From: a virus
Lineage: Duplodnaviria; Caudoviricetes
Reading direction: 5' to 3' (one strand)
DNA length: 55,745 nucleotides
Virus record (IMG/VR): IMGVR_UViG_3300033181_000003
Coordinates: 1-55,745 of that record
Positions 6,506 through 16,681 of this stretch are shown one piece after another. The notes beneath the pieces are model-generated. The model was not told the origin of the DNA. It searched no databases and worked only from the letters and a program-made list of their open reading frames with translations. Both the position numbers and the translations under genes were made by a program. Each line of letters opens with the position of its first letter. Position 1 is the stretch's first letter.

Positions 6506-9301
6506 GTGAGTCTGACTCCAGCCCTGCTGGGCACCATGCGCCTCGGCCAGACAAGGCTCGGCCTGGGAACCACGGCAACCACCCAGGCGACCGTAGAGAC
6601 CCTGACGGTCACCGACCTCCCAGCGCGCACGGCGAGCGTTCAGGGACAGCCGTCTGATGCGCTGACCGCCGGGGATGGTGCAACGAGGACGACGGCCCAG
6701 CAGCGTGCGATCGCTGACCAGGCCGCGCTCAGTGAGGGCCTAACCCGCACAACCACCTTCTCGCGCACCGCGACGGAAGCTCTAACCACCACCGATGGCG
6801 CCGCGCGGTCATTGCAGGCCCCGCGGGCCACCACCGACGCGCTCACAACGGCCGACGTGGCGACGAGAGCGCCAATCAACCGGCAACGCTTCACTGCCGA
6901 TGCCATGGCGACCGTTGAGGCCACGACGCGGGCCGTCATCACCTCACGGGCAGCTTTGGATGCGGCAACCTTCGCTGAGAGCCCGACTCGCAGCACCTCA
7001 ACTTCACGGGCCGCCGCCGACACGCTCACCACCACGGACGGCGTCTCGGCCTTGCGTGCCACCGCCAGGACCGCTGCGGACCTTCTGGTCCTCGCCGATG
7101 CGGTGTCCCGGTTGGCTGGCTTCGCACCTCAGGCAAGCGACGCGCTCGCGGCCGCCGACGGCGCCACCAGGCGCACAACGGCCCAGCGGGCCACTACGGA
7201 CATCGCAACGCTCACCGATGCGACCTCAAGGGCACCGGGCGCGTTCCAGCGGGCCACTGCGGACACGGCAACGCTCACCGAGGGCCTGACGCGCATCCTG
7301 ACGACCCTCAGGGTCAGTGCAGACCCTCTCGTTGCCCCGGATGCCGCCACGGCAGTCCGGGCGGTCACCCAGACGCCCATCGACAGTCTGACCACCACTG
7401 ATGCTGCCACGCGGACCGCGAGCTACCCGCGATCCCCGATCGACACGGCGGCCCTGACCGACACCCTCACGCGGGCCGTGGGCCTCACCCGTCAGATCGC
7501 TGACGTTCTCGCCGTCGCGGAGGCCGTGAGCTTGGGCCGGTCAACGGGCAGGACCACCACCGACCAGCTGGCCATCACGGACCAGGCTACCCGTGTGGTC
7601 GGGGCCAACCGCAACCCCACCGACCAGGTCATCATCACCGACCTCGCGCTGAGAGCCAACGCGAACACCAGGACAGTCTCGGACAGCCTCACCGTCAACG
7701 ACCTCGCCGCAAGAGCACTCGGAGCCACCCGCTCCACCCCGGACGCGGTCAGCCTCACCGACGCGGCATCCCGGGCGCCCATCGCCTTCGGACGCGCCCT
7801 CGCGGACACGGTCACGGCCATCGAGGCGTTGGCACGCACTGTCACGTTCCCCCGGTCGGCGACCGACGCGCTCATCGCCACCGATGCGCCGGCGCGCACG
7901 GTGGGCTTTCTGAGGCAGCCGGCGGACACGCTCATCGTCTCCGAGGTCCCAACCCGGTCTCTCGGGTCGCCTCGGACGACCACTGACACGGCGAGCTTTA
8001 CCGACGTCGCAACGCGAGCGTTGATCGGATGGCAGCGCGTGAGCGCAGACACGGTGGCCCTCACCGAGGGCCTGGTTCGTAGCATCTCGACCGTGCGGGC
8101 AGCCCTGGACGCGGTGATCCTCGCCGAGGTCATGGCCCGGACTGCCGCGACCTCACGGGCTGCCACGGAAGCGCTCACCACCACGGATACCCCCGCGACG
8201 GGACGCAACATCGCCCGTACCACCATCGACGCGGCCGGGATCACCGAGACGGCCGGCCGGACCGTTGGGACAGCTCGCCAGCCCACTGACACGCTCAGCG
8301 CGGTGGATAGCACCACCCGGATAGCAGCCCGTCAGCGGGCCGTTGTCGATCAGCTCACGACCACGGACAACGTGGCCCGCAACGCCAACGCGGGACGCAC
8401 CACCACCGACACCGCCAGCCTCGCGGACATCCTCACGCGCACCACCCTGGCCGCCAGGGCCACGGCCGACACGCTCACGGTCACAGACCTCCCGGCTGTT
8501 GGACTCACCTTCGCCCGAGCCCTCGTCGAAGCGGTCCTCGTTGCCGAGGCGCTGACTCGGGTTATCAGCAGCCAGCGGGCAGCGACCGATCAGCTAACTA
8601 CCGCTGATGTTGCCGCTAGGCTCCTGGTGGGCTCGCGTACCGTCGGCGAGGCACTAGCTGTGGCCGAGGCGGTGGCTCGCACCACCAGTGCCCAGCGTGC
8701 TGAAGCCGACCTGCTGACCATCGCGGACGCGGCCCTAGGGGCCAACGCGAACACCCGGACCGCCGGTGACAGCCTCACCTTGAGCGACCTCACCGCACGG
8801 TCACTCGCCACCTTCCGTCTCCCGGTGGACACGGTCACCCTGACCGATGCCGCGACTCGGGCGGCCGGTTTCACTTCCCAGGCGGTTGACACGCTCACGG
8901 CCGCCGATAGCACGACCAGGCGCACGGCCAGCCCGCGCACAGCCACCGACAGCCTCGCCGCGAGCGACACGGCGGGACGCACCGCCACTTTCGCCCGCCA
9001 ACCCGCAGACACGGCGAACCTCGCCGATTCGGTCCTGGGCGCAACCACCCGGACGCGAACCGTCACCGACCAGACCGGCATCACCGACACCGCCGGACAC
9101 GCCGAAAGCTACGGCCGGACCGCCACCGACAACACCACCCTTGGCGATGTTGTCGTGTACCGCGCGGCCCTTCACGTCGCCTACGTAACTCTCACCGACA
9201 GCCCCACGGCCACCGCGACCATCAGCGACACGCCAGTCACGACGATCACCATGACCGACCGGCAGGTCCTCACCCCGGCCACCACCGACACCCCGATCTG
9301 A
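6506..9301 (+). CDS. Long Thr/Ala/Asp/Arg-rich repeat protein, putative fibre
   Basis: 931 aa of degenerate ~20-aa repeats (R...D.L...D...R). Confidence 0.7.
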   Translation: MSLTPALLGTMRLGQTRLGLGTTATTQATVETLTVTDLPARTASVQGQPSDALTAGDGATRTTAQQRAIADQAALSEGLTRTTTFSRTATEALTTTDGAARSLQAPRATTDALTTADVATRAPINRQRFTADAMATVEATTRAVITSRAALDAATFAESPTRSTSTSRAAADTLTTTDGVSALRATARTAADLLVLADAVSRLAGFAPQASDALAAADGATRRTTAQRATTDIATLTDATSRAPGAFQRATADTATLTEGLTRILTTLRVSADPLVAPDAATAVRAVTQTPIDSLTTTDAATRTASYPRSPIDTAALTDTLTRAVGLTRQIADVLAVAEAVSLGRSTGRTTTDQLAITDQATRVVGANRNPTDQVIITDLALRANANTRTVSDSLTVNDLAARALGATRSTPDAVSLTDAASRAPIAFGRALADTVTAIEALARTVTFPRSATDALIATDAPARTVGFLRQPADTLIVSEVPTRSLGSPRTTTDTASFTDVATRALIGWQRVSADTVALTEGLVRSISTVRAALDAVILAEVMARTAATSRAATEALTTTDTPATGRNIARTTIDAAGITETAGRTVGTARQPTDTLSAVDSTTRIAARQRAVVDQLTTTDNVARNANAGRTTTDTASLADILTRTTLAARATADTLTVTDLPAVGLTFARALVEAVLVAEALTRVISSQRAATDQLTTADVAARLLVGSRTVGEALAVAEAVARTTSAQRAEADLLTIADAALGANANTRTAGDSLTLSDLTARSLATFRLPVDTVTLTDAATRAAGFTSQAVDTLTAADSTTRRTASPRTATDSLAASDTAGRTATFARQPADTANLADSVLGATTRTRTVTDQTGITDTAGHAESYGRTATDNTTLGDVVVYRAALHVAYVTLTDSPTATATISDTPVTTITMTDRQVLTPATTDTPI

Positions 9302-9308
9302 GGCCGCC

Positions 9309-9614
9309 ATGTCCTACATCGTCGGGCAAACCATCCGCCTCACAGCCACCTTCACCGGCCCGAACCTCCCCGACGGCACACCCGGCCCGCTCGTAGACCC
9401 CACCACGATCACCCTGCGCTTCGAGCACCAGACCCAACCCCCGGCGCTCACCTACACCTACCCCGGCACCATCACCCGCGACTCATCCGGCACCTACCAC
9501 CAGGACATCACCATCCTAACCGCCGGTGTTTGGGTCGAACGCTGGGAAGGCACCGGCTCAGCCAATAGTGCCGCCGAGAAAGCGATCGTCGTCACCGCCT
9601 CCCAGATCGTCTGA
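9309..9614 (+). CDS. Small beta-sandwich virion protein (putative)
   Basis: GAGG RBS; DPT.I.L...ITRDSSG.Y...AG.W..RWEG.G pattern. Confidence 0.6.
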   Translation: MSYIVGQTIRLTATFTGPNLPDGTPGPLVDPTTITLRFEHQTQPPALTYTYPGTITRDSSGTYHQDITILTAGVWVERWEGTGSANSAAEKAIVVTASQIV

Positions 9615-10051
9615 TGGACGAACAGGCGCTACGTGATCTCGTCACGCTCTGGCAGAACCGCCTCGGCCTGGACCACTGGGAGGTTGTCGTGAAGTTTGCC
9701 GAGCCGGAGCTCGACGGCCGCACATGCGTGATGAAGGTCGACAGGTCTCACTACTACGACCACGCCACCATCACCGTCCACCCCGCCGCGATCGGCAAAG
9801 GTGAGCTCCCCGCCTCGATCGAGAGGGACATCCTCGACCAGGCCAGCGATCACACCGCGTTCTACGAGCGGACCATCGTCCACGAACTTCTGCACTGCTG
9901 CCTGCGTGACCTCATGGAAGCCGGCGAGCTCGTCGGCGATCAACTCCACCGTGACGTTCGCGCAGTCTGGGATGAGGCATGGCGCCGTGCTGAGGAGGCA
10001 ACCGTCGAACGCCTAGCCAAGGCCCTCATCCTGCTGCCGAAAGGAGTTTGA
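9614..10051 (+). CDS. Zn-metallopeptidase-like protein
   Basis: TIVHELLH (HExxH) with downstream EE. Confidence 0.65.
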   Translation: MDEQALRDLVTLWQNRLGLDHWEVVVKFAEPELDGRTCVMKVDRSHYYDHATITVHPAAIGKGELPASIERDILDQASDHTAFYERTIVHELLHCCLRDLMEAGELVGDQLHRDVRAVWDEAWRRAEEATVERLAKALILLPKGV

Positions 10052-10057
10052 CCAGCC

Positions 10058-10555
10058 ATGAAACAGTCATTGTGGTGGCGACTCGTTGGCCGGCGACTGT
10101 GGGACTTGGTCGGTGTCCCGAACAACGTCATCCCGTCAACGCGCGCACTGATCCTCATGGTCGCTGCCCGGCCCATGGACGGTGCCCCCATTCTTTATGG
10201 CCGGTTCCGCAAGTGGGCGATGCTGCCGGGAGATGTGCTCGTGAGCTTCCAAGCGGCCACCATCGTTGTTCTCAAGGTCAAGCCCGATCGGGTCCTCGTC
10301 GTCGAGATAGCCGACCAACTTCTCCATGACGAGCGCCTGACGGTGGACAACGCGCAGGTTGTTCCAGTGTGGGTCTGGCGCAAGGAACGCCCGGCGTCCC
10401 TTGCTCGATCAACCGTTCCGTGGGTTACTGCTAGAAGCGATACGGCCGTGCAGGCCCGCAACCTTCTTTCCGCCGTCCCCACGGAGCGATGGCTATGGCC
10501 GACGTCGAGCGAACCAGGCCCACCGACATTCTCGGCAATTGGCATCGGAGGCTGA
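10058..10555 (+). CDS. Hypothetical protein
   Basis: AAGGAG RBS; fills the gap in the operon. Confidence 0.5.
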   Translation: MKQSLWWRLVGRRLWDLVGVPNNVIPSTRALILMVAARPMDGAPILYGRFRKWAMLPGDVLVSFQAATIVVLKVKPDRVLVVEIADQLLHDERLTVDNAQVVPVWVWRKERPASLARSTVPWVTARSDTAVQARNLLSAVPTERWLWPTSSEPGPPTFSAIGIGG

Positions 10556-10558
10556 CCC

Positions 10559-10780
10559 ATGCTCACCCACGCACGACTCCAGGAGATCATGGCCGCCAAG
10601 ACCAACGGTGTGCCCGGTGAGAGCTGGTCGGCCATCGACAACACCCTGGTCATCTTCGACCTCGACAACCCGCCCGCATGGCTCGCACCAGTCCTCGCCG
10701 CACGTGACGAGGACGGCAACACCGTGCGGTCAGACGACGGCCGCTTCGGCCTGAGCGACCACATCACCGTCGGCGCATGA
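10559..10780 (+). CDS. Hypothetical protein
   Basis: GGAGG RBS; ATGA-coupled. Confidence 0.65.
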   Translation: MLTHARLQEIMAAKTNGVPGESWSAIDNTLVIFDLDNPPAWLAPVLAARDEDGNTVRSDDGRFGLSDHITVGA

Positions 10781-11067
10781 GACCCACCCTCGGCACACTA
10801 GCCATCCGCCCAGCCAATCGGCAGAGCATCATCGGCGCCAACCACCAAGACCAGGTCAAAGCAGACCTCCAACACCGCGGCGCCACACTCTCACGCCACT
10901 ACTCACCCAACGCCATCGGCCCACTCACCCGACCCGACGGCACCCCAACCCCACGAGCCCTCGCAGCCCGCAAAGCAGGCGAACCAGCCCCCACCACACC
11001 TGAGGCAGCCGCCCGCCTGCACGCCAAAGGCCAACGCCTCCTCAACCAGGCACGACGGCTCCCCTGA
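10777..11067 (+). CDS. Hypothetical protein
   Basis: ATGA-coupled. Confidence 0.55.
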   Translation: MRPTLGTLAIRPANRQSIIGANHQDQVKADLQHRGATLSRHYSPNAIGPLTRPDGTPTPRALAARKAGEPAPTTPEAAARLHAKGQRLLNQARRLP

Positions 11068-11071
11068 CCCC

Positions 11072-11365
11072 ATGCAACGCGCCTGCGTCGTCTGTGGCCA
11101 ACCCTCCCCCCAATCCCGCTGCCCCACCCACAAGCAAACCCCCCTCAACAGCCTCCCCGGGTGGAAACGCAAACGCCTCACCGCCCTCGACCGCGACAAC
11201 TGGGCTTGCCAATTCCCCAACGGCCAAGGCGGGACCTGCGGCCAACCCGCCACCCACGTCGACCACATCATCCCCCGCTCCCACGGGGGGACCCACCACG
11301 ACGACAACCTCCGCGCAGCATGCGCCCACCACAACATCGGCAGGGCAAATCGTGCAGGGGCATGA
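11072..11365 (+). CDS. Terminase-associated HNH endonuclease
   Basis: RD.W.CQ....C...ATHVDHIIP...GG....NL...C..HN, immediately upstream of the terminase. Confidence 0.85.
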   Translation: MQRACVVCGQPSPQSRCPTHKQTPLNSLPGWKRKRLTALDRDNWACQFPNGQGGTCGQPATHVDHIIPRSHGGTHHDDNLRAACAHHNIGRANRAGA

Positions 11366-11514
11366 AAAACATCAAACCCAGACGCAGCCACCCATTCAGC
11401 TAATTCTGCGCGAAGAAAACCGCTTTTCAACGGCGACCAGGTGCTTGGGCTCGAGCGGATGGCCTTTCTTACCCGCGTGCGCACGCGCGCGCCCGTTGAG
11501 GGGGCGCTAAAGCC

Positions 11515-11952
11515 GTGGTTCTTCCGTCCGTTGAGCGTCCTCCTAGCTTGCCGGCGCCGTGGTTGGATGTGTGGCGTGGGGCTCTGAAGGCGATGAAGGA
11601 CCATGGGACGTGGGCCCCGGCGATGCGCCCTCTGCTCGATGAGTACGTGTTCGCCCTGCGGGCGGCAAGCGATGTCCGGGAGGGCTTCGGGTGGTTGGAC
11701 CACCTTGAGGAGAGCGTGGCTTCGGAGGAGATCGACTGGTTGGTGTTGCGTCAGATCGCTACGGGCCTACCGATGGTGTGGGATAGGCACGCGAAGCGAG
11801 CTTCTGCGTTGGCGGATCAGCTGGGACTGACTCCCAAGGGACGGAAGGCGGGCGGTCTTGGCGGCAAAGCAGACAAGGACAAGCCCGAGCTCAAGCGTGA
11901 CAGCTTCGAAGCGCTCGACGAGCTCGCGCCGCGGCGCTCACAAACCGCTTAG
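11515..11952 (+). CDS. Terminase small subunit (P27-like)
   Basis: LADQLGLTPKGR motif; lies between HNH and the large subunit. Confidence 0.75.
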   Translation: MVLPSVERPPSLPAPWLDVWRGALKAMKDHGTWAPAMRPLLDEYVFALRAASDVREGFGWLDHLEESVASEEIDWLVLRQIATGLPMVWDRHAKRASALADQLGLTPKGRKAGGLGGKADKDKPELKRDSFEALDELAPRRSQTA

Positions 11953-13390
11953 CCCCTTCAGCGTGGACCATTGGCGGGCCTATGCCCGGCTGATGGTGCT
12001 TGACAGCGGCGAGCGTTGGGAGCCGGAGGATTTTCAGCTTCAGGTCATCGAGGACGTTTTCAGCGGTGTGCCTGAGGCGTGGCTGATCGTTCCCGAGTCC
12101 AATGGCAAGACCACGCTCATGTCGGGGTTGGCGCTCTATCACGGCGATTACCGCCAGGACGCCTCCGTTCTTCTCGCTGCGTCGTCGCGCGATCAGTGCG
12201 GGCTGCTTCTAGGGCAAGCACAGGGTTTCATCGCGCGCACCCCGGGCCTCGAGCAGCGTTTCCGGGTGTTTGAGGGCTACCGGAAGATCACCTGCCTGCG
12301 GACGAGGGGCCGGATTCAGGTTTTCGCCTCCGATGACCGCACCGGCGATGGTGTGATCCCGACCCTGGCGTTGCTGGACGAGCTGCACCGGCATAAGAGC
12401 ATGCGGCTGTACCGGACGTGGCGCGGGAAGCTCGGAAAGCGTGACGGGCAGCTCGTGGCGATCTCCACGGCCGGGGAACCGGGCTCTGAGTTTGAGCTGA
12501 CGAGGGAGCGGGCGCGGACGGAGGCACCGGACGTCACGATCGACGGTCGTCATACCCGCGCGGCGTCGGGGGAGATGGTCCTCCACGACTTTTCGTTGCA
12601 TGCCGGGGATGACCCGGAGGATCTGGACCTGGTGAAGGCGGCGAACCCGTTCAGCGGGGTGACCGTCCAGACGTTGCGTCGTAAGCGTGCCTCGCCGTCG
12701 ATGACGGTCGGTCACTGGCGGCGCTTTGTGTGCAATCTGGCCACGAGGACGGAGAAGGCAGCGATCGGCGAGGACGAGTGGCACGCCCGCCTGACCGGTG
12801 AGCCGATTATCCTCGGCACCCGGTGCGATGTGGGTCTCGACCTCGGGTGGAAGTGGGACGCGACCGCTGCCGTACCGTTGGTGAAGACCGACTGGGGCCA
12901 TGTGGTCACCCGGGCACGGATCATCACCCCGCCAAGGGATGGAAACAGTCTGCGCCCTGAGCAAATCCAAGCGGCGCTGCTCGATATCCATAGGGAAACA
13001 CCGATCGAGCGGGTGGTGTTGGACCCTTCGGCCGGGGGTGAGCAGATCGCGGCGTGGATCGAGGGTGAGCTGGGCGCTGAGACGGTCTCGCATTCCCAGA
13101 AGACGGCGCCGATGGCTTTGGCGGCCGGCCGGTGGATGGAGGCTTTGCGTAGCAACACCCTTCGACACGTTTCAGACCCGGAGATGACCCGCCATGTGCT
13201 CAACGCTGTCGCGATCGACCTGCCGGACGGCACTTTCAAGTTTGGCCGGCCGTCCTCTTCCCGGTCGGCTGATGTTGAGCAGCCCCGGCGTGAGATTGAC
13301 GCTTTGATCGCCGCCGCGATGGTCTACAGCGTCGCCAGCGTCACCGACGGGTCAACCTTCGCTGGACCCCTGTTCGAGGTGCTGGCGTGA
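11858..13390 (+). CDS. terL: Terminase large subunit (start uncertain)
   Basis: Walker A PESNGKTT, Walker B LALLDELH, ISTAG coupling motif, ANP, nuclease GLDLG..WD and IDAL.A. Confidence 0.92.
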   Translation: MAAKQTRTSPSSSVTASKRSTSSRRGAHKPLSPFSVDHWRAYARLMVLDSGERWEPEDFQLQVIEDVFSGVPEAWLIVPESNGKTTLMSGLALYHGDYRQDASVLLAASSRDQCGLLLGQAQGFIARTPGLEQRFRVFEGYRKITCLRTRGRIQVFASDDRTGDGVIPTLALLDELHRHKSMRLYRTWRGKLGKRDGQLVAISTAGEPGSEFELTRERARTEAPDVTIDGRHTRAASGEMVLHDFSLHAGDDPEDLDLVKAANPFSGVTVQTLRRKRASPSMTVGHWRRFVCNLATRTEKAAIGEDEWHARLTGEPIILGTRCDVGLDLGWKWDATAAVPLVKTDWGHVVTRARIITPPRDGNSLRPEQIQAALLDIHRETPIERVVLDPSAGGEQIAAWIEGELGAETVSHSQKTAPMALAAGRWMEALRSNTLRHVSDPEMTRHVLNAVAIDLPDGTFKFGRPSSSRSADVEQPRREIDALIAAAMVYSVASVTDGSTFAGPLFEVLA

Positions 13391-13611
13391 GCCTCCGTCG
13401 CGGCCTTCGGTCCTATGAGAAGCGCCTGGTGCTGATCCATGTGCCCTCCGGGCCTTCGCTGAAGGGCCTGTTGGTCAAGGCCTACCCGGACTGTTTCGTG
13501 CTGGTCAACGCGGAGTCGTTGGATCAGGCGGTGAAGCTCGGCGGTGAGATCGTGGTCCCGAGGGGCCCTGGGGTGTGGGTCCAGACGGTCGTGCAGGAGC
13601 AGCCGAGATGA
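13387..13611 (+). CDS. Small hypothetical protein (Sm-like beta fold possible)
   Basis: GTGA- and ATGA-coupled between terL and portal. Confidence 0.6.
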   Translation: MSLRRGLRSYEKRLVLIHVPSGPSLKGLLVKAYPDCFVLVNAESLDQAVKLGGEIVVPRGPGVWVQTVVQEQPR

Positions 13612-14969
13612 CCGTCGTCCAGGACGTTGACGGGAGGCTTTTGCCGACCGGTGCCCCGTCGACGGGGGATAACTACATCGTCACCGCGGGTGGGTCGGGG
13701 CATGTGGACCTCGCGAATAACCTCGCCGCGACCTACGAGGTCATCTATGAGACCAACCCGACCGCGGCGGCGGTCATCAACAAGCTGGCGAGGCAGATAG
13801 CGACCCTTCCGCTGAAGGTGTACGACTCACCGCCGGATCAGTCCGAGGCGAACGAGATCCCCACCCACCCTGCCGCCAGGCTGCTCAGGGCGCCGGCGCC
13901 GAGACGCGGCGCGTCCTACTGGAAGCAGGGTCTCGCCCGGTCAGCCCTGGTGCACGGCAACGGTTTGATGGCGAAGTACCGGGGCAACGGTCTGGAGGCA
14001 TCACCATCGGCGATCCTTCCGTGCCAGTGGCCGTATGTGGCGGCGTGGGCGACGATCGGGACCCCGGTGGAGTGGTGGTCGACGTTTCAGACCGGTGAGC
14101 AACGGTTCTTCGCGGTTGAGGACAGCCTGCACTTCGCGTGGGGGTCCGGCAACGCGAACGAGCTCGGCGTTTCCCCGCTGAGGCAGTTGGCTATCGCCAT
14201 CAAGCTTGACGATGCGGCCCGCCGCTACTTGGTGTCGTCGTTTCAGAACGCGGCAAGGCCGGCAGGGGCGATCATCCCCCCCGAGGGCTTCAAGTATCAG
14301 GACGGCCAGCGGGAGGAGCTGCGCACCGAGATCAACCGGCAACACCAGGGTGTCGACAACGCTTTCGCGATGGCCCTGCTGGCCCCCGGGTTTACGTGGC
14401 AGTCCTTCTCCCATACGGCGGTGGAGACCGAGGTGATGGCTTCCCGGCAGCTCAACCGGGAGGAGATCGCGATGGTCTACGACGTGCCCCCACCGATGAT
14501 CGGCGACCTGTCGCACGGCTCTTATGCAAACGTGGAAGAACTGCATCGCATCCTCTACGTGACGACGCTCAGACCGTGGTTGGCGCTGCTCGAGGAGACC
14601 ATCCAGGTGCAGCTCATCGAGTCTGAGCCGGCGTGGGCTAACCAGGGCTTGTTCGTCCGGTTTGACCTGACGGAGGTCCTGCGGGGGAACCGGCGTGAGG
14701 AGATTGACGCGATGTCCCAGGCTTGGACGAACGGGCTGATGACGCTGAATGAGTGTCGCCGGTATCTCGGGATGAACCCGTACGCGCATGAGCAGGCTGA
14801 CGCCCCGCACATCCAGGCGAACAACATGGCCCCGCTCTCGCGGCTTGGGGCGACGGCGTTGACCGACCCGCCTGCGGGGACTGACCCGGGTGCTTTGCAG
14901 CCGGGCGCGGCTTACGTGGCGCCTGCTGCGACAGCGACGTTGCGCGAGACCCCTTCCTCGGGCGAGTAG
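13608..14969 (+). CDS. HK97-family portal protein
   Basis: IATLPL, GNG, GVSPL, EEIA..Y.VPP.MIG, SYANVE, T.NE.R motifs. Confidence 0.92.
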   Translation: MTVVQDVDGRLLPTGAPSTGDNYIVTAGGSGHVDLANNLAATYEVIYETNPTAAAVINKLARQIATLPLKVYDSPPDQSEANEIPTHPAARLLRAPAPRRGASYWKQGLARSALVHGNGLMAKYRGNGLEASPSAILPCQWPYVAAWATIGTPVEWWSTFQTGEQRFFAVEDSLHFAWGSGNANELGVSPLRQLAIAIKLDDAARRYLVSSFQNAARPAGAIIPPEGFKYQDGQREELRTEINRQHQGVDNAFAMALLAPGFTWQSFSHTAVETEVMASRQLNREEIAMVYDVPPPMIGDLSHGSYANVEELHRILYVTTLRPWLALLEETIQVQLIESEPAWANQGLFVRFDLTEVLRGNRREEIDAMSQAWTNGLMTLNECRRYLGMNPYAHEQADAPHIQANNMAPLSRLGATALTDPPAGTDPGALQPGAAYVAPAATATLRETPSSGE

Positions 14970-15003
14970 CCCCCCTGTCCGTAGTCATCACAAAGGAGCG
15001 CGA

Positions 15004-15312
15004 ATGAGCGTCACGCCGTACAACTTGCCCTCCGGGGCGACCTCCGCGCAGATCGTGGCGCCACAGGGCGGCCCGGTCTATCTACGCGGTTGGTCTGTCA
15101 GCGAGGACACCGGGCTGGCCCCTGCCAAGGTGCAGATCCTCGACAAGCAGGGCGGGATGGTCCTGCTTGGCGTGACTCTCGCACCGAACGAGTCGATCCG
15201 GGAGTTCTTCGCCGATGAGGCTGGTGGTGCGGCGGCCGGTATCACCGTCGCCAGTGGGCAGCTGTATAAGCTGGCAGTCTCGGGCACGGCCACTGTGACG
15301 GTGTTCGTATGA
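15004..15312 (+). CDS. Putative head accessory protein
   Basis: AAGGAG RBS; beta-rich. Confidence 0.6.
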   Translation: MSVTPYNLPSGATSAQIVAPQGGPVYLRGWSVSEDTGLAPAKVQILDKQGGMVLLGVTLAPNESIREFFADEAGGAAAGITVASGQLYKLAVSGTATVTVFV

Positions 15313-15704
15313 GCGGCGCCACGGTCGGTGTCCAGAAGGTCAACGCCGGGTTCATGGCGGCCGGGCAGACCGCGAAGCAGTACGTCGGGAAGGTTGCCAC
15401 GTCCACAACGGTTGCGGTGACGGTCCCGTTGGAGACGGTGACGGTCGGCAAGAGCTTCTACATCACCGACATCCTTATCACCACTGACGCGGCCTCGGGT
15501 GCCGCCACGACGGTCGACGCGCGCATCCAGGCCGCGGGCGTGGACATCTTCCGGGCCGGCCTGCACAACCTGTCACCCGTGGACATGCCGGGGATCGAGA
15601 CGCAGCCCTTCGCGTCTTCGGGCCAGGCGGTGACGTTGCTGTTACCGGCGACCGCGGGTGGTGTCGTCAACGTGTGGTTCGACATCTACGGCTTCGAGCA
15701 GTAG
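15309..15704 (+). CDS. Putative head accessory protein
   Basis: ATGA coupling; beta-rich. Confidence 0.65.
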   Translation: MSGATVGVQKVNAGFMAAGQTAKQYVGKVATSTTVAVTVPLETVTVGKSFYITDILITTDAASGAATTVDARIQAAGVDIFRAGLHNLSPVDMPGIETQPFASSGQAVTLLLPATAGGVVNVWFDIYGFEQ

Positions 15705-15715
15705 GAGTTCAAAAC

Positions 15716-16072
15716 ATGCCTATCACGATCAGCAACCAGACCGGAGACGGTGTTTCGGCCCCGTTGGTGCAGTCCGGCATCGAGATTCCCGACTCGGGAA
15801 CAAGTGTGCTTGTGAGCGGCCAGGTGCAGGCCCCCGGCTCGCCGGCAGTCCCGTTGACGGGCTCCCCGGTGGCAATCCCGGCAGTCCCAGGGACGGGGAC
15901 CACGTTCTACATCCTCCAGGCGAACACGGGCTCCGGGGCGGTGACGGTAAAGCAGTCCTCATCCTCGATGCCTGCCGTGGACTCGGGGAACGTGCTGCTG
16001 ATGAGCCAGTCGCTTGTGGCCGGGCAGGCCGACCCGGCGCTGGACCAGTCGGCAACCCCCGACAGCTACTAG
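15716..16072 (+). CDS. Putative head accessory protein
   Basis: AGGAG RBS. Confidence 0.65.
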   Translation: MPITISNQTGDGVSAPLVQSGIEIPDSGTSVLVSGQVQAPGSPAVPLTGSPVAIPAVPGTGTTFYILQANTGSGAVTVKQSSSSMPAVDSGNVLLMSQSLVAGQADPALDQSATPDSY

Positions 16073-16123
16073 CCCCCGGGCGCGCTGGCCCGTCTAACCC
16101 ATATCGAAAGGAACCACCGAGCC

Positions 16124-16636
16124 ATGGCTTATCTGCGAAAGGTGTCTACCGGCGCCATCACCGAGCGGTTGGATGACAGTAGCGAGGTCTACCAGCGACT
16201 CGTGCAGCAGCGTGCCGCCAACGGCAGCGCGATCTGGGAGTCCGCCGCGGAGGAGGACACCGTCTCGGTGCTCGCCCGTGTCGCGGTCGGCCTTGCCGAC
16301 CCGCTCGGCGCCCTGGCCGATGACACCCAGCAGCTCGACGCCGGCCCTCTCGGTGAGGGCGCGACGATCACGTCGGCGGAGTACACCCCGTCCGGGGCTC
16401 AGGCGGGTGCGGTGACGAACACCCGCACGATCACGGTCAACGCGGGGGCGACGGTCCACGCGACGCTGGCCCTGGTCGCCGGGGTCAACTTGGTCTCTGG
16501 TGTGCCGTCATCCATGACAATCAACGCGGCCGCGGTGACGGCGGGTGAGGAGCTGGTGGTGACGTCCGCTCACGCCGGGACGGGGATTCCCGACCCGGGC
16601 GGTCTCATCACCGTTGAGGTCACCTACACCGCCTGA
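16124..16636 (+). CDS. Putative capsid decoration protein
   Basis: AAAGGA RBS; N-terminus resembles that of 19193-19597; beta-rich C-terminus. Confidence 0.6.
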   Translation: MAYLRKVSTGAITERLDDSSEVYQRLVQQRAANGSAIWESAAEEDTVSVLARVAVGLADPLGALADDTQQLDAGPLGEGATITSAEYTPSGAQAGAVTNTRTITVNAGATVHATLALVAGVNLVSGVPSSMTINAAAVTAGEELVVTSAHAGTGIPDPGGLITVEVTYTA

Positions 16637-16650
16637 TCTGAAGCATCCCG

Positions 16651-16681
16651 GGTGGCACGGCCCTTCGCGGGTCGTGCCACC
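16651..16681. terminator. Hairpin between convergent genes
   Basis: GGTGGCACGGCCC-TTCGC-GGGTCGTGCCACC. Confidence 0.6.
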
